From the NCBI GenBank assembly GCA_902771725.1, contig CACXXT010000010.1:18193-82192 (forward strand): a stretch of 64,000 bases of DNA, read 5' to 3'. The notes below the pieces were generated by a model. It ran no database searches, was not told where the DNA came from, and worked only from the letters and a program-made list of their open reading frames with translations. The translations under genes were made by a program, and so were the position numbers. The stretch is from an uncultured Bacteroidales bacterium. Lineage in GTDB: Bacteria > Bacteroidota > Bacteroidia > Bacteroidales > Bacteroidaceae. How positions within the stretch are numbered: position 1 is the stretch's first letter; the number at the start of each line of letters is the position of its first letter. This document shows positions 35,744 to 43,334 of the stretch, in pieces.

Positions 35744-35879
35744 GATCTTGCGCGCCTTTCGGCGCAGATTAAAGTTTAAAGTTTAATGTTTAAAGTTTAA
35801 TGAGGTGAGGTTTGTGGTTTAAAGTCTGCGGTCTAAGGTATCAACCTTTATACCTTAATCTTTAAACTAAAGCCCCGCT
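35744..35879. repeat. 136-nt groES-groEL spacer made largely of TTTAAAG/TAAACTT-type stutter plus small hairpins
   Basis: Plus strand: ...gcgcgcctttcggcgcag attaaagtttaaagtttaatgtttaaagtttaatgagg...ggtttaaagtc...ccttaatctttaaactaaag. On the gene (minus) strand this reads taaactt taaacat taaactt taaactt. Confidence 0.8.
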
Positions 35880-36152
35880 TTATGCCAGTACAGCCACCAC
35901 GTCGCTCTGACGCATGATGAGGTACTTCTTGCCTTCATGCTCCAGCTCGGTGCCGGCGTATTTGCCATAAAGAACTTGGTCGCCAGCCTTCAGCACCATT
36001 TCTTCGTCTTTGGTGCCGCGGCCCACAGCCACTACGGTGCCCTGGAGGGGCTTCTCTTTTGCGGTGTCGGGAATGATGATTCCGCCTACGGTCTTTTCTT
36101 CGGCGGGTGCCGGTTCAATCAGAACTCGGTCTGCAAGGGGTTGAATTTTCAT
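35880..36152 (-). CDS. groS: co-chaperonin GroES
   Basis: [14 protein letters not shown]...[21 protein letters not shown]. The start was set at ATG 36152; the track start at 36191 adds 13 non-conserved residues. Confidence 0.93.
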   Translation of the reverse strand: MKIQPLADRVLIEPAPAEEKTVGGIIIPDTAKEKPLQGTVVAVGRGTKDEEMVLKAGDQVLYGKYAGTELEHEGKKYLIMRQSDVVAVLA

Positions 36153-36326
36153 AGTTGTTTGGATTTTATGTTTTGAATAATAATCTTGCACTTGTTGCCA
36201 TGCGAAAGGCGTGCCAAAGCGTGGCTTTCTGCCAACTTGTCAGTCTTCTTGTGCTAAAAGATGTCTTTTTCTGCCTTAGAAATGAAAAACTTCGGACTTT
36301 AACCCTTCTACCTTAAACTTTTTCCC

Positions 36327-36334
36327 TACCTTTG
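36327..36334 (+). promoter_or_regulatory. candidate -7 box TACCTTTG
   Basis: Lies 14 nt upstream of ATG 36348 and is preceded by a ccttaaact stutter. Confidence 0.45.
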
Positions 36335-36347
36335 TACCCCGAAAGAT

Positions 36348-37208
36348 ATGCGAACGCTCATCTATTTAGTCATCTTCTTTTATGTCTGTCTGGCGTTGGT
36401 GATCGTCCCCAAGGTAGGCGGCTTCATCTGGGACCCTCTCATCATCGTCCCGGCCACGGCCGCTTTGTTCACGTTGCTGGTGTGGTTGGTGGCACGCTTC
36501 CTTGGCACGGACCGCACGGCGATGGGTGTTGTCATGACGGCTGTATTCATTCTCATCTTTGCTCCAGGTGCCGGCGTGTTCTTCGAGCGCGATGAGGAGG
36601 CTCTGCTGGAGTTGAGTTCACAGTGTATCGTACCTTTCTTCCTGACGCAGTACAAGCGCATCAGCCGCAAGGATTTCCGGAGGGCCTATGGCTTCATGCT
36701 GCTGATGGGTATCTTCTGCAGTTTCACCCACGATGGCATCACCTTGCCGCTCTGTCTGGCGTTCCTGTTGCTCGCCTGGCAACGGCGCAGCGAGTTTTTC
36801 CGTCTGGCATGTTGGCCGATGGTCATCGGCTGGCTCATCGGCACCATCCTTCAGTTTGCCACTCGCGACCATCTGCCTGACCTGACACCTGACCTGAAGG
36901 TGCTGACGAGCAGGACCACTCAAGTCCTGAGCCTGTTGTGGGATGCTAAGATCTTTGTCTTTGCCTTGGTGCTGACATTTTGGCTTTCAACGACCTCTTG
37001 GGGCCGGACGGAACTGTGGCGGACGTTCCGTCGCCAGCGGCTGATAGCCTACAGCCTGCTCTTTGCTCTGTCTTGTGTACCGTTTGCTCCCTTGGGCATA
37101 GACAATGCGGTCACCGGGGTGTGCTTCTTTGGGTTGTTGTGGGCGTTGTTGCTGTGCCAGCGGCTGATGCAGCGCTATGCCGATGTTGCCAGAGTTCGTA
37201 CGAGTTGA
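36348..37208 (+). CDS. polytopic membrane protein, unknown function
   Basis: 286 aa with about 8 hydrophobic segments and no motif I recognise. The 3' end overlaps the convergent transporter gene by 98 nt. Confidence 0.5.
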   Translation: MRTLIYLVIFFYVCLALVIVPKVGGFIWDPLIIVPATAALFTLLVWLVARFLGTDRTAMGVVMTAVFILIFAPGAGVFFERDEEALLELSSQCIVPFFLTQYKRISRKDFRRAYGFMLLMGIFCSFTHDGITLPLCLAFLLLAWQRRSEFFRLACWPMVIGWLIGTILQFATRDHLPDLTPDLKVLTSRTTQVLSLLWDAKIFVFALVLTFWLSTTSWGRTELWRTFRRQRLIAYSLLFALSCVPFAPLGIDNAVTGVCFFGLLWALLLCQRLMQRYADVARVRTS

Positions 37209-38166
37209 TGATATTCTGCCATAGTACATAGCAACCGGCCCCGATGGATGCAACGGGTGTCAGGTAGGTGTAGGCAATCCAGATGGCCAGCCCTGTGTTC
37301 TTCTGGAACATGGCTTGCCCCGAGCAGATGTGTTCGCCGAAGGCTCGTCCGATGCTGCGTCCGATACGGAACTGGATGAAGGAGGTGAGCAGGGTCAGTA
37401 GGGCAATGACCGACAGCAGTTCCGCTCCGGCACCGCTGTGGACGATGTTCTTCATCGTGATGCCGGAGGTGATGGCCAGCGAGACGCTCCAGCAGTAGAA
37501 ACCGAGGTCGGGAGTGCGCACGAACCAGCGGTAAAGGGGTTTCACCCAGTGGCGCACGATGGCACCAAGTATCAATGGCAACAGGAGCACCAGTGCCAGC
37601 CGATGCAGGATTGCCAGGAAGGCTGCGAGGAATGTCGTTCCGTGACCCGGTTCCAGCATGGGGAATACGGCAGGAATGAGCAGGGACGTCACCACGGACG
37701 AGAGCAGCACAAACGTAGTCATCTGGGTCAGGTCGCCGCCCAGTTTGGCAGTCACCACGGGAGATGCCGAGGCGCATGGGGCAATGATGCAGATGAGCAC
37801 GGCCTCGAGCAGCAACTTGACAGAGAGGGCAGAAGACGAGAAAAGGGAAAACGTGAGGACAGAACAGTACAGGGTGATGATAACCAGGAGGACGACCAGC
37901 AATAGCTGCATGGCAAGGATGCAGAGATGCCATTTCCGAAGTTTCATCAAGTGGAAGTCGACCTTGGAGAATGTGATGAACAGCGTCAGGAAAATGGTCA
38001 GCGGCAACAGGGTGTCGAAGATTGGGCTGAGCAAGGTAGCGGCGCAGTCCAACTCGGGAATGCCTGCAAAGAGGAAATAGAAAAACGCGCCCACGGCAAT
38101 GGCCACGGGCAGCGTCCAGTTCTTTAGGAAACGGAGCATCTTTGAAGTGTTATGACCTGAGAGCAA
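37111..38166 (-). CDS. bile acid:sodium symporter (BASS/SBF-like) family transporter
   Basis: 351 aa and polytopic. ASASPVVTAKLGGD and GQAMFQKNTGLAIW resemble the two conserved BASS signature regions. Confidence 0.6.
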   Translation of the reverse strand: MLSGHNTSKMLRFLKNWTLPVAIAVGAFFYFLFAGIPELDCAATLLSPIFDTLLPLTIFLTLFITFSKVDFHLMKLRKWHLCILAMQLLLVVLLVIITLYCSVLTFSLFSSSALSVKLLLEAVLICIIAPCASASPVVTAKLGGDLTQMTTFVLLSSVVTSLLIPAVFPMLEPGHGTTFLAAFLAILHRLALVLLLPLILGAIVRHWVKPLYRWFVRTPDLGFYCWSVSLAITSGITMKNIVHSGAGAELLSVIALLTLLTSFIQFRIGRSIGRAFGEHICSGQAMFQKNTGLAIWIAYTYLTPVASIGAGCYVLWQNIINSYELWQHRHSAASAAGTATTPTTTQRSTPR

Positions 38167-39920
38167 TGTTCTACCACGGCAGGACGGTGGGTGATGAAGA
38201 GAAGAGTACTGCGCACTGCCAGTTGTTCGTTGTACTCGATGAGGTTATTCAGCAATTGGTGCTCAGTCTGTTGATCCAGGGCACTCGTGGCCTCATCCAG
38301 CAACAGGATGCTGCCTTTCCTGAGCAGTGCCCGTGCGATGGCGATGCGTTGAGCCTGTCCTTCCGAGAGTCCAGCACCGCCTTCGCCGATGATGGTGTCC
38401 AACCCTTCGGGCAGTGTCTGCACGAAGTCTGCGCAAGCCAGGTGCAGCGCCTTATGCATCTCTTCTTCGCTGGCATCTGGGGCTCCCAGTTGCAGGTTCC
38501 ATCGCAGGCTGCCACTGAACAGCGAGTTGCCCTGCGGCACATAAACCAGGTTGCAGCGCGTCCTGGCGCTGACCGTGTGCCCGACGCTATCCTCGCCGGG
38601 GTCTCCTACTTCCCCTTCTTCTCTTTTCTCTCTCTTCCCGTACATCACCACCCGGCCTTCACTGGGCTTCAGCAGTGCCAGTATCAGGCGTATCAGTGTG
38701 GTCTTCCCGGCTCCCGTCTCACCCAGTATGGCGGTGGAGGAACCTGGGGGGAAGTCCAAGTTCAGATGATTCAGGACGTGGCGGCTGTGGTCGTCGTATG
38801 CAAAGGTGACGTCTTCCAAACGGATACCGGCTCCCTCGGCAAAGCGAATCGGTTCGCCGTCCTGTTCCAGGGGCGTTTCTTCCAGTTCCATCAGTCGTTC
38901 TGCGGCGGTGAAACTGCCGATGATGGCGGGAATGAAGCGTGTCAGTTCCCGGAAGGGGCCTTGGATCTGGCCGCACAACTGGATGAAGGCGGTCATCATA
39001 CCGAAGGTGATGGTGCCATCGGCCAGTCGGTTGGCACTCCAGAGGAAGGCGAAGAGGTAAGCTCCGCCGAAGCCCACATTCAGCACCAGGTTGGAAGTCG
39101 AGGAGAACAGGGTGCGATGGCGCACCAGCTTTCGCAGCGAGGCTTGTTGCTCGCCTACGACCTTCAGCATCGTCTCCACACGTTCCAAGGTCTTCAGCAC
39201 CAGACGGTGCTGGATACTTTCTTGCAGGGTGCTTTGTATGCGGCTGTCGGTGCGGCGGACTTCTCGGGTGATGCTTCTCATCCGATTGATATAAAGGCGG
39301 CTGAGCAGGATGAAGACCGGCAGGATGACTGTCACCCCCACCGCCAGCATGGCATCCATACTATATAAGAAGAGGAACGCGCACGCGAGGCGCACCAGCA
39401 CCGCCAGTGCTTGTGGCACTGTATCCGTGACCACGTTCACCACCGTCTGGCAGTCTGAGATCAGGCGGTTCAGCACATCGCCGCTGTGGCGCTGTTCCTT
39501 GCCGTGCCATTCGCTGCGCAGCAGATGGCTGAAGATGCGGCGTTGCATACGGTTCTGAGCGTCCACACCCAGCAGGGCTGCTATCCATCTCCCCGCGTAA
39601 CCCAATGCCAACTGCATCACCATGATACCCACGAGCAGCATCCCGGCGCTCAGCAGTGTCGAAGGATGAGGCAGTGAGCTACCGGTGTGTTCCACACCTG
39701 TGGCCACGTCAATCACCTGCTTTGTTGCCCAGATGAAAGCGAAATCCAGGACCACACGGATGATGCCGCTCGTCGCATTAATCAGCGACTGCAGCTTCAC
39801 CTGCCTGAAGATCTGGACGAACCAGATTAATATGGCAGAGGTAGGATACTGGATTTTCCCTCCTCCCTCCTTGTTAGGGAGGGGGATGCTACTGTTGCTA
39901 TCAGATAATTTACATCTCAT
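38124..39920 (-). CDS. ABC transporter, fused permease/ATP-binding protein (MsbA-like exporter)
   Basis: 598 aa. A six-helix TMD is followed by Walker A GETGAGKTT, the signature LSEGQAQR, and Walker B ILLLDEATSALD. The exact start is uncertain. Confidence 0.85.
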   Translation of the reverse strand: MRCKLSDSNSSIPLPNKEGGGKIQYPTSAILIWFVQIFRQVKLQSLINATSGIIRVVLDFAFIWATKQVIDVATGVEHTGSSLPHPSTLLSAGMLLVGIMVMQLALGYAGRWIAALLGVDAQNRMQRRIFSHLLRSEWHGKEQRHSGDVLNRLISDCQTVVNVVTDTVPQALAVLVRLACAFLFLYSMDAMLAVGVTVILPVFILLSRLYINRMRSITREVRRTDSRIQSTLQESIQHRLVLKTLERVETMLKVVGEQQASLRKLVRHRTLFSSTSNLVLNVGFGGAYLFAFLWSANRLADGTITFGMMTAFIQLCGQIQGPFRELTRFIPAIIGSFTAAERLMELEETPLEQDGEPIRFAEGAGIRLEDVTFAYDDHSRHVLNHLNLDFPPGSSTAILGETGAGKTTLIRLILALLKPSEGRVVMYGKREKREEGEVGDPGEDSVGHTVSARTRCNLVYVPQGNSLFSGSLRWNLQLGAPDASEEEMHKALHLACADFVQTLPEGLDTIIGEGGAGLSEGQAQRIAIARALLRKGSILLLDEATSALDQQTEHQLLNNLIEYNEQLAVRSTLLFITHRPAVVEHCSQVITLQRCSVS

Positions 39921-39947
39921 CAGACTCTTATTCTTGAAGGTAACCGC

Positions 39948-40832
39948 TCACTCCCTCACATCCGTTCCCCACATCAGTTTCTCTCGCAGCGTTCCGAAGA
40001 AACTCTGGCTGGAGCGCTTCAGCACCTTGATGGAGTAGGGGGCACGCCGGATGGTCAGTCGCACGTCTTCGCTGCATTTCTCGCTCCGCCCGTCGATGGA
40101 GACGAGGAAGCGGTGGTTGCGGGCGGCCACGGAGAGCGTCACCACCGTGTCGTCCGTCAGGGTCAGCGGACGCACCGTCAGCGAGTGCGGAGCCACCGGA
40201 ATCAGCCCCAGGGTGTGGCAGCCGGGTTGCATGATGGAACCGCCTACGGACAGCGCATAGCCCGTGCTGCCCGTGGGGGTGTTGATGATGAGGCCGTCGG
40301 CTTGGTAGGTCGTCAGGTACTGCCCGTTGATGTCCACACGGATGCTGATCATCGACGATACATCGCGCTTCAGTACGGCAACCTCGTTCAGTGCGTAGGG
40401 GTATCCTTCCGGCTGCCCTTTGTCGTATTCCAGCTGTAGTACACAGCGGTCTTCTACGGCATAGTTGTCATCGTAGATCTGTTCAATCGTATGGGGCAAC
40501 TCACTGGGCGAGATGTCAGCCAGGAAACCCAGTCGGCCCATGTTTACTCCGAGGATGGGGATTCCCTTGTTGCCTACGCGCCGTGCTGCTTCCAGAAAGG
40601 TGCCATCGCCACCCATCGAGATGGCCACGTCTGCTTCGAACTGGTCGTCGCAGATGAGTTTTGCTCCCTCGGGCACGGCAATCTGAAGGTCGTCTACGAG
40701 GTAATGATAGAACGTTTCGTCGATGAACAATTCAGCCTCACGCTCTTGCAGCAGGCACAACAACTTCTGGACAGAAGTCGACTTCTTGGCTTGGAAGGCA
40801 TTGCCGAAAAGGGAAAAACGGAGTTTGCGCAT
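39948..40832 (-). CDS. nadK: NAD+ kinase
   Basis: GGDGTFL motif, GFL..., NTPTGSTGYALS. The start was set at ATG 40832 because a -7 box lies inside the longer track ORF. Confidence 0.88.
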   Translation of the reverse strand: MRKLRFSLFGNAFQAKKSTSVQKLLCLLQEREAELFIDETFYHYLVDDLQIAVPEGAKLICDDQFEADVAISMGGDGTFLEAARRVGNKGIPILGVNMGRLGFLADISPSELPHTIEQIYDDNYAVEDRCVLQLEYDKGQPEGYPYALNEVAVLKRDVSSMISIRVDINGQYLTTYQADGLIINTPTGSTGYALSVGGSIMQPGCHTLGLIPVAPHSLTVRPLTLTDDTVVTLSVAARNHRFLVSIDGRSEKCSEDVRLTIRRAPYSIKVLKRSSQSFFGTLREKLMWGTDVRE

Positions 40833-40855
40833 GGTCCTTTGTATTATTTTCGCCG

Positions 40856-40863
40856 CAAAGGTA
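40856..40863 (-). promoter_or_regulatory. candidate -7 box TACCTTTG
   Basis: Plus-strand caaaggta lies 24 nt upstream of ATG 40832. Confidence 0.45.
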
Positions 40864-40970
40864 CGCATTTTTGGGCATCGATTACGCGGATTAAGTTGTT
40901 TTTTTGCTCTTTTGGGGCCGATAGAGAAAGAAAAGCCGTCAAATCCGTCTATTCCGTGCCTAATTTTGTC

Positions 40971-40978
40971 TATCTTTG
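40971..40978 (+). promoter_or_regulatory. candidate -7 box TATCTTTG (a second TAATTTTG at 40961..40968)
   Basis: Matches TAnnTTTG 27 nt upstream of the pdxJ ATG. Confidence 0.45.
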
Positions 40979-41004
40979 CACCATGAAACTTAAATCACAT
41001 AGTT

Positions 41005-41847
41005 ATGACTCGACTCAGTGTTAACATCAATAAGGTGGCCACCATCCGCAATGCGCGTGGTGGCAACAATCCCGACGTCCTGCGTGTGGCTCAGGACTGC
41101 GAGCGTTTCGGTGCCCAGGGCATCACGGTTCATCCCCGTCCCGACCAGCGTCACATCCGTTATCAGGATGTTCGCGACCTGCGTCCGCTCCTGACCACGG
41201 AGTTCAACATCGAGGGCAATCCCATCTCGGAATTTATCACCCTCGTCCTGGAGAACCGTCCCACGCAGGTCACCCTCGTCCCCGACGGTCACGACCAGAT
41301 TACCTCCAACCACGGTTGGGACACCAAGACCCACCTCAATTTCCTCACCGATGTCACCGCCCGCTTCCACGAAGCCGGCATCCGTGTCAGCATCTTCGTG
41401 AATGCCGATGAAGAAATGGTGGACTATGCAGCCCGTGCTGGTGCAGACCGCGTGGAGCTCTACACCGAACCCTATGCGGAGGCCTTTGCCTCCGCCACTG
41501 TGGCCGCCGCCTCCCCTTCCAAATCCGCCGTCTCCCCCTCTTCCCCCCTCGCTTCCCCCTCCTCCTCGGTCCAGGCTGTAGTGCCCGAGGGTTTCCCCGA
41601 GGGCTCTCCCGCCTGCGCCGCAGCCATCGCCCCCTTCGTCCGCGCCGCAAAGGCCGCGCAGGCTTTTGGCCTTGGCCTCAACGCCGGCCATGACCTCAAC
41701 CTCCACAACCTCGCCTACTTCAAGCAGCAAATCCCCTGGCTCGACGAGGTCAGCATCGGCCACGCCCTTATCTGCGATGCCCTCTACCTCGGCCTGGAGG
41801 AAACCATCCACCGCTATCTCGCACAGCTGCAGACACCAAATTTGTAA
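41005..41847 (+). CDS. pdxJ: pyridoxine 5'-phosphate synthase with a Ser/Pro-rich insertion
   Basis: [33 protein letters not shown], and NAGHDLN...SIGHALI. At 280 aa it is longer than the ~240 aa typical for the family. Confidence 0.9.
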   Translation: MTRLSVNINKVATIRNARGGNNPDVLRVAQDCERFGAQGITVHPRPDQRHIRYQDVRDLRPLLTTEFNIEGNPISEFITLVLENRPTQVTLVPDGHDQITSNHGWDTKTHLNFLTDVTARFHEAGIRVSIFVNADEEMVDYAARAGADRVELYTEPYAEAFASATVAAASPSKSAVSPSSPLASPSSSVQAVVPEGFPEGSPACAAAIAPFVRAAKAAQAFGLGLNAGHDLNLHNLAYFKQQIPWLDEVSIGHALICDALYLGLEETIHRYLAQLQTPNL

Positions 41848-41876
41848 ATAGTAAATTTGTAAATAGTAAATTAAAT
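41838..41876. repeat. perfect 15-nt tandem repeat (aaatttgtaaatagt x2 plus a partial unit) spanning the pdxJ stop
   Basis: Read directly. The first unit contains the last codons and the TAA of pdxJ. The array ends at the ATG of the next gene. Confidence 0.85.
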
Positions 41877-42428
41877 ATGGTCTACTTATTCTTTGCTACT
41901 GGCACCGAGGAAATCGAAGCCCTCGGAACCGCCGACATCATCCGTCGTGCAGGACTCGACCTGCAAATCATCTCCATCACAGGTGAGCGCACTGTCACGG
42001 GCGCCCATGGCATTCGTGTCGAAACCGATGACCTCCTGGAGAATGTCGATTTCTTCGATGCCGATATGCTCATCTTCCCGGGCGGCCTGCCCGGCGCCAC
42101 GAACCTCGCCGCCTGCTCCGACCTCAACGAACGCCTGCGTGACCATGTCTACCTCGGCCGTCCCGTTGCCGCCATCTGTGCTGCACCGCTCGTTCTGGGT
42201 CGTCTCGGCCTGCTTGACGGCAAGCGTGCCACCTGTTATCCCGGCTTCGAAGGCGAGCTGAAGGGTGCCACCTGCACCGGTGCCCTCGTGGAAGTCGATG
42301 GCCAGTTCATCACAGGCAAGGGACCTGCTGCCGTCTTTGAATTCGGCTATGCCATCGTTGCTCGTCTGAAGGATCAGGCCACGGCCGAAGCCCTTGCAAA
42401 AGGGATGCTATGGAGCGAGGTGAGATGA
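41877..42428 (+). CDS. DJ-1/PfpI (ThiJ/YajL-like) family protein
   Basis: 183 aa. [15 protein letters not shown], and the nucleophile-elbow AAICAAP. Confidence 0.85.
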   Translation: MVYLFFATGTEEIEALGTADIIRRAGLDLQIISITGERTVTGAHGIRVETDDLLENVDFFDADMLIFPGGLPGATNLAACSDLNERLRDHVYLGRPVAAICAAPLVLGRLGLLDGKRATCYPGFEGELKGATCTGALVEVDGQFITGKGPAAVFEFGYAIVARLKDQATAEALAKGMLWSEVR

Positions 42429-43216
42429 CCTCTTTCGCTATCATTGTCGCTGGAGGTAAAGGTCTGCGCATGGGTGCCGACCTGCCGAAGCAGTTCCTGC
42501 CCATCGGCGGACGTCCCGTGCTGATGCACACGCTCGAGGCTTTCGAGCGTGCTATACCCGGTATCCACCTCATCCTGGTGCTGCCTGCTGACCATCAGCC
42601 CTTTTGGTGTGACCTCTGCCGTCAGCATTCGTTCACCCTTCCCCATGCCATTGCCACTGGCGGCCCCACCCGTTTCCACAGCGTCCTTAATGGTTTGAAG
42701 ACTATAACCCCGGAGCCGGGTATGCTCGTTGCCGTTCACGACGGCGTCCGTCCCTTTGTCTCCGCGGATGTCATCCGGCGCACCTTCGAGGCCGCTCGCG
42801 ACCACGGTGCCGCCGTCCCCGTCATCCCCGTCGTCGAGACTTTGCGCCAGCTCTCCACCTCCGCTCCCTCCCCCTCTTCTTCCCTCTCCACACTGCCTTC
42901 ATCCTCCTTCCCCTCCGCTCCGCCTTCCTCCTCCCCCTCAACTTCGGCCACTGTGCCCGCGCCATTAGGCACGGGTTCCTCCCGCACCGTCGATCGCTCC
43001 CTCTTCCGCCTCGTGCAGACCCCGCAGACCTTCCAGCTCCCCCTCCTCCTGAAGGCCTACGGCCAGCCCTACCGCGAGACCTTCACTGATGATGCCTCCG
43101 TTGTTGAGGCCCTCGGACATCCAGTCACCCTCGTCGAAGGCAACCGCGAGAACATCAAAATCACCACTCCCTTCGACCTCACCATCGCCGAGGTTCTCCT
43201 CAGGGGGATGGGGTGA
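42410..43216 (+). CDS. ispD: 2-C-methyl-D-erythritol 4-phosphate cytidylyltransferase with a Ser/Pro-rich insertion
   Basis: [28 protein letters not shown] and VQTPQTF. At 268 aa it is longer than the ~220-236 aa typical for the family. It overlaps the upstream gene by 19 nt. Confidence 0.88.
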   Translation: MERGEMTSFAIIVAGGKGLRMGADLPKQFLPIGGRPVLMHTLEAFERAIPGIHLILVLPADHQPFWCDLCRQHSFTLPHAIATGGPTRFHSVLNGLKTITPEPGMLVAVHDGVRPFVSADVIRRTFEAARDHGAAVPVIPVVETLRQLSTSAPSPSSSLSTLPSSSFPSAPPSSSPSTSATVPAPLGTGSSRTVDRSLFRLVQTPQTFQLPLLLKAYGQPYRETFTDDASVVEALGHPVTLVEGNRENIKITTPFDLTIAEVLLRGMG

Positions 43217-43322
43217 ATGGGGTTTAATGGGTTTAATGGGGCTTAATGGGTTTTATGGGCTTTATGGGCAGAATGGGCAATCAATCCAGCCCATTGACCC
43301 CATTAAGCCCATCAAACCCATA
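43207..43322. terminator. long imperfect palindrome built from 9 ATGGG-containing 9-10-nt units facing 4 CCCAT units; likely bidirectional terminator
   Basis: gATGGGgtgaATGGGgtttaATGGGtttaATGGGgcttaATGGGttttATGGGctttATGGGcagaATGGGcaa ... gCCCATtgacCCCATtaagCCCATcaaaCCCAT, lying between the convergent ispD and GH127-like genes. Confidence 0.6.
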
Positions 43323-43334
43323 AAAAATCCCTTC

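Noticed and set aside
36153-36347. A CIRCE (HrcA) operator upstream of groES.
   Set aside because: I saw no TTAGCACTC-N9-GAGTGCTAA-like inverted repeat in the 200 nt upstream of groES.
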